Source of the DNA: an uncultured Candidatus Rokubacteria bacterium
GTDB lineage: Bacteria > Methylomirabilota > Methylomirabilia > Rokubacteriales > DASRDR01
NCBI GenBank assembly: GCA_963805625.1
Contig: CAWDVE010000010.1
Span: 1,088,001-1,152,000, forward strand
Reading direction: 5' to 3'
DNA: 64,000 nucleotides
The notes beneath the pieces were generated by a model that searched no databases, was not told the DNA's origin, and was given only the letters and a program-made list of their open reading frames with translations. Of this stretch, positions 45,904 through 55,349 are shown one piece after another (the stretch's first letter is position 1; the number at the start of each line of letters is the position of its first letter). The position numbers and the translations under genes were made by a program.

Positions 45904-47267
45904 ATGCGCTCGAAGCCCCGCATCAGCTCCCAGTCGGTCACGATCTGGTCGAACGTCTGCTGCTCGAGCCGCGCGGTGTGGAGGTAGTGCTCGAACACCT
46001 CGTCGCCGAGGGCCTCGCGGGCGACCCGGGATCCCTCCAGCCCGGCGATGGCCTCGCGGAGCGTCTTCGGAACCTGCGGGAGCTTCGGGTCCTCGTAGGC
46101 GTTGCCCTCGTAGACCCGGGGCGCCGGAAGCTTCTTCTGGATGCCATGGAGCCCGGCCGCGATGGTCGCGGCGAACGCGAGGTAGGGGTTCGCATCGGCG
46201 CCAGGGATCCGGTTCTCGACCCGGAAGGCCGAGCCCTCGCCGCAGAGCCGGAAGCCGCAGGTGCGGTTGTCCCAGCCGGCCACGATCCGGGTGGGCGCGA
46301 ACGAGCCCGCCTGGTAGCGCTTGTACGAGTTCACGTAGGGCGCGTAGAAGTAGGAGAACTCCTTCGCCATCGCCATCTGTCCGGCGAGCCAGTGGCCGTA
46401 GAGGGCCGAGCCGAACCGGCGGCCCTTCTCGTAGAAGAGGCTCTTCTTCCCCGTCCGGTCCCACAGGCTCGAGTGGAGGTGGAAGGACGAGCCCGCGGAG
46501 CCCATGTCGTACTTCGCCATGAACGTGATCGAGCTCCCCTGGGCGTGGGCGATCTCCTTGGCTCCGTGCTTGTAAAGCGTGTGGCGATCCGCCATCTCCA
46601 CCGGCTCGGCGTAGCGGAGGTTGATCTCCTCCTGCCCGCACCCCCACTCGCCCTTCGAGAACTCCACCGGCACCGCGGCCGCCTCCATGCCGTTGCGGAT
46701 CGCCCGGACCAGACCCTCCTCCTTCGTCGTCTGGAGGATGTGGTAGTCCTCGATGTACTGGGACACCGGCGTCAGCCCGTGGTAGCGCTTCGAGCGCGCC
46801 TCGCCGAACGACTCCTGGAAGAGGTACAGCTCGAGCTCCGACGCGACCATGATCCGGTACCCGAGCTTAGTCGCCCGGTCGACCTGGCGCTGGAGGATGC
46901 GACGCGGGCTGACCTCGATCGGCTCGCCCCCCTCCTCCGTGTAGAGATCGCAGAACACGAGCGCCGTCTTCTCGAGCCACGGGATCCGGCGGAGAGTCCC
47001 GAGGTCCGGGACCGCCTTCATGTCCTGGTACCCGGTGGCCCACGAGGCGAATTTGTAGCCGGGCAAGGGCTCCATGTCCACGTCAACGGTCAGAAGGTAG
47101 GCGCAGGCGTGCACCCCGTCACCCGCGATGTGCTCGAGGAAGTGGCGCCCGACGACGCGCTTGCCCATCAGGCGGCCCTGGACGTCGGGGAAGACCGTCA
47201 GCACTGTGTCGACCTCGTCTCGCCGGACGAGGGCTTCCAGATCCTTGAGGTCGAGATTGCCGGGCAT
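45900..47267 (-). CDS. Glutamine-synthetase-family gamma-glutamylamide synthetase (GlnA4/PuuA-like)
   Basis: DVQGRLMGKR, YLLTVDVDM, ASELE, SKGEWGCGQEEIN, TFMAK, GSSFHLHSSL, DNRTCGFR, ENRIPGADANPY. Confidence 0.9.
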   Translation of the reverse strand: MPGNLDLKDLEALVRRDEVDTVLTVFPDVQGRLMGKRVVGRHFLEHIAGDGVHACAYLLTVDVDMEPLPGYKFASWATGYQDMKAVPDLGTLRRIPWLEKTALVFCDLYTEEGGEPIEVSPRRILQRQVDRATKLGYRIMVASELELYLFQESFGEARSKRYHGLTPVSQYIEDYHILQTTKEEGLVRAIRNGMEAAAVPVEFSKGEWGCGQEEINLRYAEPVEMADRHTLYKHGAKEIAHAQGSSITFMAKYDMGSAGSSFHLHSSLWDRTGKKSLFYEKGRRFGSALYGHWLAGQMAMAKEFSYFYAPYVNSYKRYQAGSFAPTRIVAGWDNRTCGFRLCGEGSAFRVENRIPGADANPYLAFAATIAAGLHGIQKKLPAPRVYEGNAYEDPKLPQVPKTLREAIAGLEGSRVAREALGDEVFEHYLHTARLEQQTFDQIVTDWELMRGFERI

Positions 47268-47323
47268 GGCTCCCTCGGTCCCCGACGCGCGCGCCCGATC
47301 CCGGGATGGGGCGGCCGGCCGGT

Positions 47324-48133
47324 CTAGAAGGTGAACAGATCTCCGCGCCGGTGCGCGAGGGCGGGCAAGGTCTTGCGGATGCGCTCCGCGTGGCCCAGGT
47401 CGATGTCCGCCACGACGACGCCCTCGCGGTAGCCGGCCCGGGACACGACCGTGCCCCACGGGTCCACGATCATCGAGTTCCCGTAGCAGGCGTGGCCGGG
47501 AGGATGCGAGCCGCACTGGGCTGCCGCCAGCACGTAGACCTGGTTCTCGATGGCGCGAGCTCGCACAAGGACCTCCCAGTGATCCCGGCCAGTCTCCATG
47601 GTGAAGGCGGCGGGCACCGTGATCAGGCGCGCCCCCCAGGCGGCGAGCCGCCGGTAGAGCTCCGGGAAGCGGAGGTCGTAGCAGAGGGTGAGGCCGACCG
47701 GGACGCCCGCGAGCGAGGCGACGACGACCTCCTCGCCGGGCGCCATCGTCGCCGACTCCTGGTAGGTCGTCCCCTCGACCTCGATATCGAAGAGGTGGAG
47801 CTTCCGGTAGCGGGCGACCAGCTCCCCGTCCGGGTTGAGGACCACCGACGTGTTATGGACGCGCTCGTTCCCCTCGACGGCTTCGAGGATCGAGCCGCCC
47901 ACGAGCCAGAACCCGTAGCGGCTCGCCAGCCGGGCGAGGAACTCGGTCGTCTCCCCAGGGATCGGCTCCGCCACCTCGGCGTGGCGCTTCCCGGACCCGA
48001 GGTAGGTCCAGAGCTCTGGCAGCACCACGAGGTCCGAGCCCCACGCCGCGGCCTGCGCGATGAGCATCTCGCCGCGCTCGAGATTCTCCGCTTTCTCGTC
48101 CTTGCTGTTCATCTGGACCAGCGCAACACGCAC
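47324..48133 (-). CDS. Carbon-nitrogen hydrolase (Nit1-like)
   Basis: LPE, YRKLHLFD and CYDLRFPE catalytic triad; RARAIENQ. Confidence 0.92.
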   Translation of the reverse strand: MRVALVQMNSKDEKAENLERGEMLIAQAAAWGSDLVVLPELWTYLGSGKRHAEVAEPIPGETTEFLARLASRYGFWLVGGSILEAVEGNERVHNTSVVLNPDGELVARYRKLHLFDIEVEGTTYQESATMAPGEEVVVASLAGVPVGLTLCYDLRFPELYRRLAAWGARLITVPAAFTMETGRDHWEVLVRARAIENQVYVLAAAQCGSHPPGHACYGNSMIVDPWGTVVSRAGYREGVVVADIDLGHAERIRKTLPALAHRRGDLFTF

Positions 48134-48232
48134 GGCCTTGCCCTCCGATCGTCGTCCGCCGGCAGCCCGGCAGGCGCAGCCCCCATCCTAGCCCAGTCGT
48201 GCGAAGCGCCGCCAGATAGCCCGGAGGCGGGC

Positions 48233-49384
48233 TCAGCGCACGGACAGCGGAACCGGGGGCAGGAGCAGAACGAGAAGGATCAGGGCGAACAGCCCGAGTG
48301 CGCGACGACGGCCGTCGAGCGGAGTGATGTCGTCCATGGTCGGACCGTGCCGGAAGCCCATGATGCCGACGATGAGCGCCGCCCACACGAGCCAGTTGAT
48401 GCTGCCGAAGGCGAGCCCGATCAGCACGAGGCCGCCCACGGCGAGCTTCGAGATGAGCGCGTGGCGGACGCCGAACAGGGCGTAGACGATGTGGCCGCCG
48501 TCGAGCTGGCCCGCGGGAATGAGGTTCAAGGCCGTGACGAAGAAGCCGAACCAGGCCGCAACCCCGACCGGGTGCAGCAGGATGTCGAAGTCGGGCGGCA
48601 AGGCGCCCAGCGTCAGCCGCTCGAGGAGCTTGGGGAGAAGGGCGTCGCCGAATTGGACGTATCCACCCTCCGTCGGTCCCTGGGGGATCCGGACCACGGA
48701 CGAGAGCCTCAAGCCGAGCACGTAGATTGGCACCGCGACCACGAGACCCGCGAGCGGCCCGGCCACGGCCATGTCGAACAGCGCCCGGCGATCGCGGATC
48801 GCACCCCGAAGACGGATCACCGCGCCGAGCGTCCCCAGGAGGAAGGGCGGGATCGGCGGCACCGGGATGAAGTACGGGAGCGACACGGGCATCCCGTGAC
48901 GTCGGCCAAGCGCGTAGTGCCCCAACTCGTGGACGCCCAGGATACCGAGAAGCGACGCGGCAAACGGCAGACCGACGACGATCCGGCTCGGATTCCGCCA
49001 CAGCTCATCGAGCGGGACCCCGCCCAGGATCAGGGTGCCGGCGAGGAGCGTCGTGACCACCGTGGCGAGGAACAGCGCGAGATGAACGAGCGGGCGGGAC
49101 GGCTCGGCGACCTCTGCCTGGGCAAGCGCGTGCACCCACACCGTGCCCTGATCCTCCCGGAGGAACGGCGCGTACCCATGGCGCGCCAGGCGAGGCCGGA
49201 GGCGCTCGACCGCCACATCGGGCTCCACGAGGAGTCGACCCCCAAAGGCGAGCGAGCGTCCGAGGAGCCGGCGCTCCTGGACGATCAGGACGTCGTCGAG
49301 CTGGCTCCGAAGGAGCGCCTCGAGCGGGAACATCTCCTCCCAGCTCGGGGGCTCTTCGGGGGCGCGGCGAGACCAAAAAGGCAC
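48233..49384 (-). CDS. Site-2 protease (M50) family protein
   Basis: HELGH, AGPLAG, NLIPAGQLDGGH. Confidence 0.9.
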   Translation of the reverse strand: MPFWSRRAPEEPPSWEEMFPLEALLRSQLDDVLIVQERRLLGRSLAFGGRLLVEPDVAVERLRPRLARHGYAPFLREDQGTVWVHALAQAEVAEPSRPLVHLALFLATVVTTLLAGTLILGGVPLDELWRNPSRIVVGLPFAASLLGILGVHELGHYALGRRHGMPVSLPYFIPVPPIPPFLLGTLGAVIRLRGAIRDRRALFDMAVAGPLAGLVVAVPIYVLGLRLSSVVRIPQGPTEGGYVQFGDALLPKLLERLTLGALPPDFDILLHPVGVAAWFGFFVTALNLIPAGQLDGGHIVYALFGVRHALISKLAVGGLVLIGLAFGSINWLVWAALIVGIMGFRHGPTMDDITPLDGRRRALGLFALILLVLLLPPVPLSVR

Positions 49385-49420
49385 GGGGCGTTCCTCTCGC
49401 TCAGCCTATCACGGCGTCCG

Positions 49421-49984
49421 TCAGGGCCCCGGCGGCGCCTGCCCGACTCGCATGAGCCGGCCGACGAGCGGCAACACCGCGGCGAGCCCGCCAGTGAGGT
49501 AGAGGGCGGCCACCACGGCTTCGAGTGCGCTCGCGAGCACCGACTCCTTATCCCGTCCGCCGTGCTGCGCCTCCCCGCGGCCGAGGCGGAGACACGCGTC
49601 CACCCCTAGCTCTCGCGCCCAGGCGGCCAGGCCGCGCGTCGAGACGATCTCCGCCCGGTGAACCGTCAGCGTCCCCGGCCCGGCACCGGGGTCACGCTGG
49701 ACCAGGAGGCTTGCGACGACGAGCCCGAGGACAGCGTCGCCCAGGAAGGCGAGGGTCTCGTTGTGCTCGGCGGGCGGGTGCTCGTGCGCGTACGAGGGGT
49801 GCGTCAGGGCCTGGAGCAGGAGCTCGGAGAGCCCCGGAAGGCCGAGCCGCGCCGAGAGCGCGGCCAGCGCCTCGGTCTCGACCTCCCCTGGCCGCGGAGC
49901 GGGGCCGCCCGGCGCCTCACCGGACGAGGATGGAGCCGATTGTCCCTCGGGATCGGATCCGGGTCCGCGGGCCGCGCGGGTCAG
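49421..49984 (-). CDS. rnc: RNase III-domain protein lacking the dsRBD, with a degenerate active site and apparent CTG start
   Basis: Manual translation of one open frame: [27 protein letters not shown]...[32 protein letters not shown]. It follows fabF. The ORF track shows only the last 60 aa. Confidence 0.8.
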   Translation of the reverse strand: MTRAARGPGSDPEGQSAPSSSGEAPGGPAPRPGEVETEALAALSARLGLPGLSELLLQALTHPSYAHEHPPAEHNETLAFLGDAVLGLVVASLLVQRDPGAGPGTLTVHRAEIVSTRGLAAWARELGVDACLRLGRGEAQHGGRDKESVLASALEAVVAALYLTGGLAAVLPLVGRLMRVGQAPPGP

Positions 49985-51237
49985 ACGCGCCAGCGCCGGA
50001 AGGCGAGGGTCGCGTTGGTGCCGCCGAACCCGAAGCCGTTCGACAGGGCGGTCTCGACCTCGGCCTTCCGCGCCACGTTCGGCACGTAGTCGAGATCACA
50101 CTCCGGGTCGGGCGTCTCGTAGTTGATCGTCGGAGGCAGGATGCCGTGCTTGATGGCGAGCACCGTGACGATCGCCTCGATGCCGCCCGCGGCTCCGAGG
50201 AGGTGGCCGGTCATCGATTTGGTCGACGACACGGCGAGCCGCCGGGCGTGGTCGCCGAACACCTGCTTGATCGCCAGGCTCTCGGTCCTGTCGTTGTACG
50301 GGGTCGAGGTGCCGTGGGCGTTGACGTACCCCACGTCCTCGGGCCGGACGCCCCCGTCCCGCAGGGCGCCCGTCATGGCACGAACGGCCCCGTCACCGTC
50401 CGGGTCGGGCGCGGTCATATGGTAGGCGTCGGCCGTCATGCCGTAACCGACGATCTCCGCGTAGATGCGCGCGCCCCGCCGGCGCGCGTGCTCGGCGTTC
50501 TCCAGCACCACGATCCCCGCCCCCTCGCCAGCCACGAATCCGTCGCGATCAGCGTCGAACGGCCGCGACGCCCGCGCGGGCTCGTCGTTCCGGGTGGACA
50601 GCGCCTTCATCTGCGCGAACCCCCCGATGGGGAGCTCGTCAATGATCGCCTCCGAGCCCCCGGCGACCATGAGGTCGGCGTCACTCCGCTGGATGATCTT
50701 GAACGCATCGCCGATCGCATGGTTACCCGTCGCGCAGGCGGTCACCACGGAGGAGTTCGGCCCCTTCAGCTTGTACCGGATCGAGAGCTGCCCGGACGCC
50801 ATGTTCACGATGAGCGACGGGATGAAGAACGGGGAGATCCGGCTCGGCCCCCTCTCGAGAAGCACCCGGTGCCACTCGAGGACGGACAGGATGCCGCCGA
50901 TCCCGGAACCGACGAGAGCGCCGGCACGCGTGGGGTCCACCTGGGAGAAGTCGACCTTGGCGTCCTCGACGGCCTCCACTCCCGCGGCGAGCGCGTATTG
51001 GATGAAGAGGTCGAGCTTCTTGAGCTCCTTCTTCTCGATCACCTTCAGCGGATCGAAGCCCTTGACCTCGGCGGCGATTCTCACGTCGAGGCGCTTGGCG
51101 TCGAACCTGGTGATGGGCCCGACGCCCGACCGGCCCTCGCAGATGGCGCGCCAGTACTCCGGGACGGAATTCCCCAGGGGCGTCACCGCCCCCAGTCCCG
51201 TCACCACGACCCGTGTCTTGCCGCCGTCCGGTGCCAT
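49981..51237 (-). CDS. fabF: 3-oxoacyl-ACP synthase II
   Basis: [40 protein letters not shown]. Confidence 0.97.
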   Translation of the reverse strand: MAPDGGKTRVVVTGLGAVTPLGNSVPEYWRAICEGRSGVGPITRFDAKRLDVRIAAEVKGFDPLKVIEKKELKKLDLFIQYALAAGVEAVEDAKVDFSQVDPTRAGALVGSGIGGILSVLEWHRVLLERGPSRISPFFIPSLIVNMASGQLSIRYKLKGPNSSVVTACATGNHAIGDAFKIIQRSDADLMVAGGSEAIIDELPIGGFAQMKALSTRNDEPARASRPFDADRDGFVAGEGAGIVVLENAEHARRRGARIYAEIVGYGMTADAYHMTAPDPDGDGAVRAMTGALRDGGVRPEDVGYVNAHGTSTPYNDRTESLAIKQVFGDHARRLAVSSTKSMTGHLLGAAGGIEAIVTVLAIKHGILPPTINYETPDPECDLDYVPNVARKAEVETALSNGFGFGGTNATLAFRRWRV

Positions 51238-51291
51238 CGCCCCTCTGACCTCCGTCTCTGGCGTCGCTGGCGTCGCTGGCGCCCCGGGGTC

Positions 51292-51537
<246 letters not shown>

Positions 51538-51554
51538 CTCCGTCCCTCACCTCC

Positions 51555-52319
51555 TCACATGTACAGCCCACCGTTGACGTGGATGACCTGGCCCGTGATG
51601 TAGCTCGCTCCCTCAGAGGCCAGGAACCGGACGACCTCCGCCACCTCGCGCGCAGTCCCGATCCGCTTCAGCGGGACCTGACCGACGTACGCCTGCCGCA
51701 TCTCGCCGGACAGGCCCGCGGCCATGTCCGTCTCGATCAGGCCCGGCGCGACGGCGTTGACCAGAATACCCCAATGGGCCAGTTCTCGTGCCGTGGACTT
51801 GGTGAGTCCGATCAGCCCTGCCTTCGCGGCTGCGTAGTTGGCCTGGCCGGGCGTACCCATGACGCCCGCCACCGAGGTCACGTTGACGATCCGGCCGGAC
51901 CGCTGACGGATCATGAGGCGCGCTGCCGCCCGGGTCGCCTGGAAGGCGGCCCGGAGGTTGACGCCGAGAACCTCGTCCCAGTCCGCGTCCTTCATCCGGA
52001 TCAGGAGGCCGTCCTTCGTGATGCCGGCGTTGTTGACGAGGAGATCGATCCGATCGAACCGCTTGTCGGTCTCGGTCACGATCCGCTGGACGTCCTCGCC
52101 CCGGCCCATCTCGGCCACCAGGCCGACGACCTTCCCCGCGCGTCCTTCGAGCCCCGCGGCAATCTCCTCGACCTTCGCGGCATCCCGGCCCGTGAACGCC
52201 ACCGTCGCGCCGTCGTCGAGGAGGGCCTCCACGATGGCGCGCCCGATCCCACGCGTCCCACCGGTGACGAGGGCGACGCGGCCCGCGAGAGGTTGACCGG
52301 AGGTGGCCGAGTCGCTCAC
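51555..52319 (-). CDS. fabG: 3-oxoacyl-ACP reductase
   Basis: TGGTRGIG, NNAGITKD, GQANYAAAKAG, VNGGLYM; GTGA overlap with fabD. Confidence 0.96.
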   Translation of the reverse strand: MSDSATSGQPLAGRVALVTGGTRGIGRAIVEALLDDGATVAFTGRDAAKVEEIAAGLEGRAGKVVGLVAEMGRGEDVQRIVTETDKRFDRIDLLVNNAGITKDGLLIRMKDADWDEVLGVNLRAAFQATRAAARLMIRQRSGRIVNVTSVAGVMGTPGQANYAAAKAGLIGLTKSTARELAHWGILVNAVAPGLIETDMAAGLSGEMRQAYVGQVPLKRIGTAREVAEVVRFLASEGASYITGQVIHVNGGLYM

Positions 52320-53272
52320 GACTGGGCCCCCAGCGCCACCAGCGCCTTGTCGAGGCCCGCCACGTCCTCGACCGCAATACCCGTGAGCGCGCCGTCGATC
52401 CGCCTCAGAAGCCCGGTCAGGACCTTCCCCGGCCCAACCTCGATGAACGTGCGGCATCCCTCGCGAGCCATGCGCGCGACGCAGTCCGTCCAGCGGACCG
52501 GCGCCGTCACCTGGCGGACCAGGAAGGGTCGCACGTCGTCCGCCCGCGTGGTGAGCTCGGCGTCCACGTTTCGGACGACGGGCGGCCGCGGATCCGCCAC
52601 GCGCACCCCCGCGAGGACCGCGGCGAGCTGCTCGGCCGCCGGCGTCATGAGGCGGCAGTGGAAGGGGGCGCTCACCGGGAGCAGGACGCTACGCTTCCCG
52701 CCCCGCGCGGGGGCCAGCGCCACGGCGCGCTCGATCGCGCTACGGTGACCCGCGACGACGATCTGCCCCGGGGAGTTGATGTTCGCGACGTCGAGCACTT
52801 CGCCCTGCGCCGCGTCACGGCAGATCTCCTCGACGACCGGCAGCTCCACGCCCAGGATCGCGGCCATCGCCCCCGTCCCGACGGGCACGGCCTCCTGCAT
52901 GAACTCGCCCCGGCGCCGGACGACACCGACGGCTTCCGCGAAGGCGAGGGACCTCGCCGCGACGAGGGCCGTGTACTCGCCCAGGCTGTGGCCGCCGACG
53001 ATCGACGGGACGAGCCCCCACTCCGCGAGGAGCCGGGTGCCTGCGACGCTCACCGTGAGCACGGCGGGCTGAGTGTTGGCGGTGAGCTGGAGCTCGGACT
53101 CTGGCCCTTCGAAGCAAAGCTTCGCGACGTCGAACCCGAGCGCATCGCTGGCTTCCTCGAAGACCGCGCGTGCCGCGGGCGAGGCTTCGTGGAATGCGCG
53201 CCCCATTCCCACGGCCTGCGAGCCCTGGCCTGGGAAGCAGAACGCCAGGCGCGCGTCAGCGGCCACGCGCAT
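52316..53272 (-). CDS. fabD: Malonyl-CoA:ACP transacylase
   Basis: FPGQGSQ, TQPA, GHSLGEY, VSAPFH, EVGPGKVL. Confidence 0.96.
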   Translation of the reverse strand: MRVAADARLAFCFPGQGSQAVGMGRAFHEASPAARAVFEEASDALGFDVAKLCFEGPESELQLTANTQPAVLTVSVAGTRLLAEWGLVPSIVGGHSLGEYTALVAARSLAFAEAVGVVRRRGEFMQEAVPVGTGAMAAILGVELPVVEEICRDAAQGEVLDVANINSPGQIVVAGHRSAIERAVALAPARGGKRSVLLPVSAPFHCRLMTPAAEQLAAVLAGVRVADPRPPVVRNVDAELTTRADDVRPFLVRQVTAPVRWTDCVARMAREGCRTFIEVGPGKVLTGLLRRIDGALTGIAVEDVAGLDKALVALGAQS

Positions 53273-53298
53273 AGATGCGCACATGTCCGCGCGCACTG

Positions 53299-54366
53299 TC
53301 AATAGTGACGGGGCGCGTTGGGCTCGGTCGGACCCTCGTCCGCGCGGCCCTTACGCGCCTCGGCCAAGGACTGGCCCAGCTCCCCCGCCAGCGCGGCCCG
53401 GATGTGCCCGTTGACGTCGGCCTTGACCCACTCTGCGGCGGTCCGGATCCCGTTCTTCACGGCCCGGGCCGGCGAAGCGCCGTGACCGATGATGCACGCG
53501 CCGTTGATCCCGAGAAGCGGCGCGCCGCCCGTCTCCGTGTAGTCGACCCGCTTCCAGAGCCGGCGGAAGGCCGGGCGGACAAGCAGCGCCGCCAGCTTCG
53601 TCGACACCGAGCGGCCCATCTCCTCCCGGAGGAGGTGGATCAGCATGTCGGCAAGGCTCTCCGAGACCTTGAGGCACACGTTGCCCGTGAACCCGTCCGT
53701 CACCACCACGTCGGTGTTCCCGTTATACAGATCCCGACCCTCGACGTTCCCGACGAAGTTGATCGGCGACTCGTCGAGGCGCTTGAAGACCTCGCGGACC
53801 AGCTCGTTGCCCTTGCCTTCCTCCTCGCCGACGGACAGTAGGCCCACCCGAGGCTCGGCGACACCGAGGATGTCCCGGGCGTACACGTGCCCCATCACGG
53901 CGTATTGGGCGAGGTGCCACGGCTTGGGATCGATGTTGGCGCCGACGTCGAGCAGGATCGTCCGGCCCCGCTTGTTCGGCAGTACCACCGCGATGGCCGG
54001 ACGGTCGACGCCGGGCAGCACGCCCATCGTGAACATGGCGATGGCCATGGCCGCACCCGTGTTCCCGGCGGAGATGAACGCCGACGCCTCCCCGTCGCGC
54101 ACGAGCGAGGCCGCGACCCGCATCGAGGAGTCGCGCTTGCGCCGGAGGGCGTGGGACGGCTGCTCCCCCATCTCGACCACCTGGGAGGCATGCCGGACGG
54201 TGATGGGGAGCGGGCCCAACCGGTGGCGGGAGAGCTCGCGCTCGATGAGCGTCCGGTCGCCGACAAGGATGACGTCGAGACCGTACTCGCGGGCGGCGGC
54301 GATCGCCCCCTCGCAATTGACGGGCACGCCGCCGTCCCCGCCCATCGCGTCGACGGCGATCTTCAT
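53299..54366 (-). CDS. plsX: Phosphate acyltransferase
   Basis: MKIAVDAMGGD, SAGNTGA, DRPAI, GEEEGKG, DGFTGNVCLK, GGAPLLG. Confidence 0.96.
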   Translation of the reverse strand: MKIAVDAMGGDGGVPVNCEGAIAAAREYGLDVILVGDRTLIERELSRHRLGPLPITVRHASQVVEMGEQPSHALRRKRDSSMRVAASLVRDGEASAFISAGNTGAAMAIAMFTMGVLPGVDRPAIAVVLPNKRGRTILLDVGANIDPKPWHLAQYAVMGHVYARDILGVAEPRVGLLSVGEEEGKGNELVREVFKRLDESPINFVGNVEGRDLYNGNTDVVVTDGFTGNVCLKVSESLADMLIHLLREEMGRSVSTKLAALLVRPAFRRLWKRVDYTETGGAPLLGINGACIIGHGASPARAVKNGIRTAAEWVKADVNGHIRAALAGELGQSLAEARKGRADEGPTEPNAPRHY

Positions 54367-54407
54367 CGGCCGATCACCCGGCGGCGCCGGGGCATCGAGC
54401 GCGGCGC

Positions 54408-54590
54408 CTAGGCGCCTTCGGTGGAGATGACCTCTCGTCCCCTGTAGTACCCGCAGTGGGGACAGACGTGGTGGGGAACCTTGGGCTCGCGGCACTGTGG
54501 GCAGATCGAGAGCGTGGGGGCCTCCAGCTTGTAGTGCGTGCGGCGCTTCCGGCCGCGCGTGATCGAGTGTCGCCGCTTGGGCAGGGGCAT
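54408..54590 (-). CDS. rpmF: 50S ribosomal protein L32 (zinc-ribbon type)
   Basis: MPLPKRRHS...CPQC...HHVCPHCGYY. Confidence 0.96.
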   Translation of the reverse strand: MPLPKRRHSITRGRKRRTHYKLEAPTLSICPQCREPKVPHHVCPHCGYYRGREVISTEGA

Positions 54591-54602
54591 GGGTCCGATC
54601 TC

Positions 54603-55109
54603 CTATTGGAGGCGCCGGAGCGCCTCGAGCGGTGCCAGCCGCGGATCGGTCTCGCGCGTCTCGCACCGGCACTCGGTAACGTTGCGGTTGCCGCCGCACA
54701 CCGGGCAAAGCCCCCGGCAATCAGGACGGCAGAGGGGTTTCATCGGCAAGGCCAGATCGGTCTCGCTCCGCAGGAGCCCCGCGACGTCCAGGACGTCTCC
54801 CTGGTAGAAGTCCACTTCCAGGTCGTCCCGCCCGAGCTCGACCTGTCCCTGGCGACTGTTGGGCTGAGGGACGAGCTGAAGGTCGACCACGGGCTCGACA
54901 CGCGTCACGAGGGACTCGAGGCACCGGCTGCACAGGAGGAACGCGGTCGCCTCGAACCGCCCGACGACCGCCACCTTCTCCCCGAGCCGCTCGACGAGGA
55001 GGTCGACGGCGTCGAGAGTCCAGGACGAGTCCGGATAGACTCCTCCGAGGGCGGCCGGATCGAGCAGCCGGAGGCCGTCGTCGGGGATCTCTGAGACACG
55101 GATCTGCAT
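54603..55109 (-). CDS. yceD: DUF177/YceD family protein
   Basis: CSRCL, LPMKPLCRPDCRGLCPVCG, DPRLAPL; directly upstream of rpmF. Confidence 0.92.
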   Translation of the reverse strand: MQIRVSEIPDDGLRLLDPAALGGVYPDSSWTLDAVDLLVERLGEKVAVVGRFEATAFLLCSRCLESLVTRVEPVVDLQLVPQPNSRQGQVELGRDDLEVDFYQGDVLDVAGLLRSETDLALPMKPLCRPDCRGLCPVCGGNRNVTECRCETRETDPRLAPLEALRRLQ

Positions 55110-55177
55110 GCGTAGCTCGCCTGAGACGTCAGTGGACGGATAAGTGTTGATTAAATCGATCTTTCTAAGGCGGTCGC

Positions 55178-55206
55178 AGTATACGGGCCGGCCCTGGGGG
55201 TGTCAA
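55178..55206 (-). promoter_or_regulatory. Near-consensus sigma-70 promoter of the yceD-rpmF-plsX-fab operon
   Basis: TTGACA-N17-TATACT. Confidence 0.85.
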
Positions 55207-55257
55207 GGGAAAAGGCGGCGAGGGCCCTGGCCGACTCCCACGCGACACCCCCGCTCG

Positions 55258-55286
55258 TTGACGCTCGGGGGGGCGTCTGCTAGGTT
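55258..55286 (+). promoter_or_regulatory. Sigma-70 promoter of htpX
   Basis: TTGACG-N17-TAGGTT with TGn extension. Confidence 0.65.
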
Positions 55287-55349
55287 TCCAGGTGACACCT
55301 GATGAGCGGCAGGGGGCGATCCCTGTCCGCGGAGCGAGGGAAGCTGACG

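Noticed and set aside
51258-51281. Tandem repeat (CTGGCGTCG)x2.7 between acpP and fabF
   Set aside because: Too short and GC-rich to imply function; there are no spacers, so it is not CRISPR-like.
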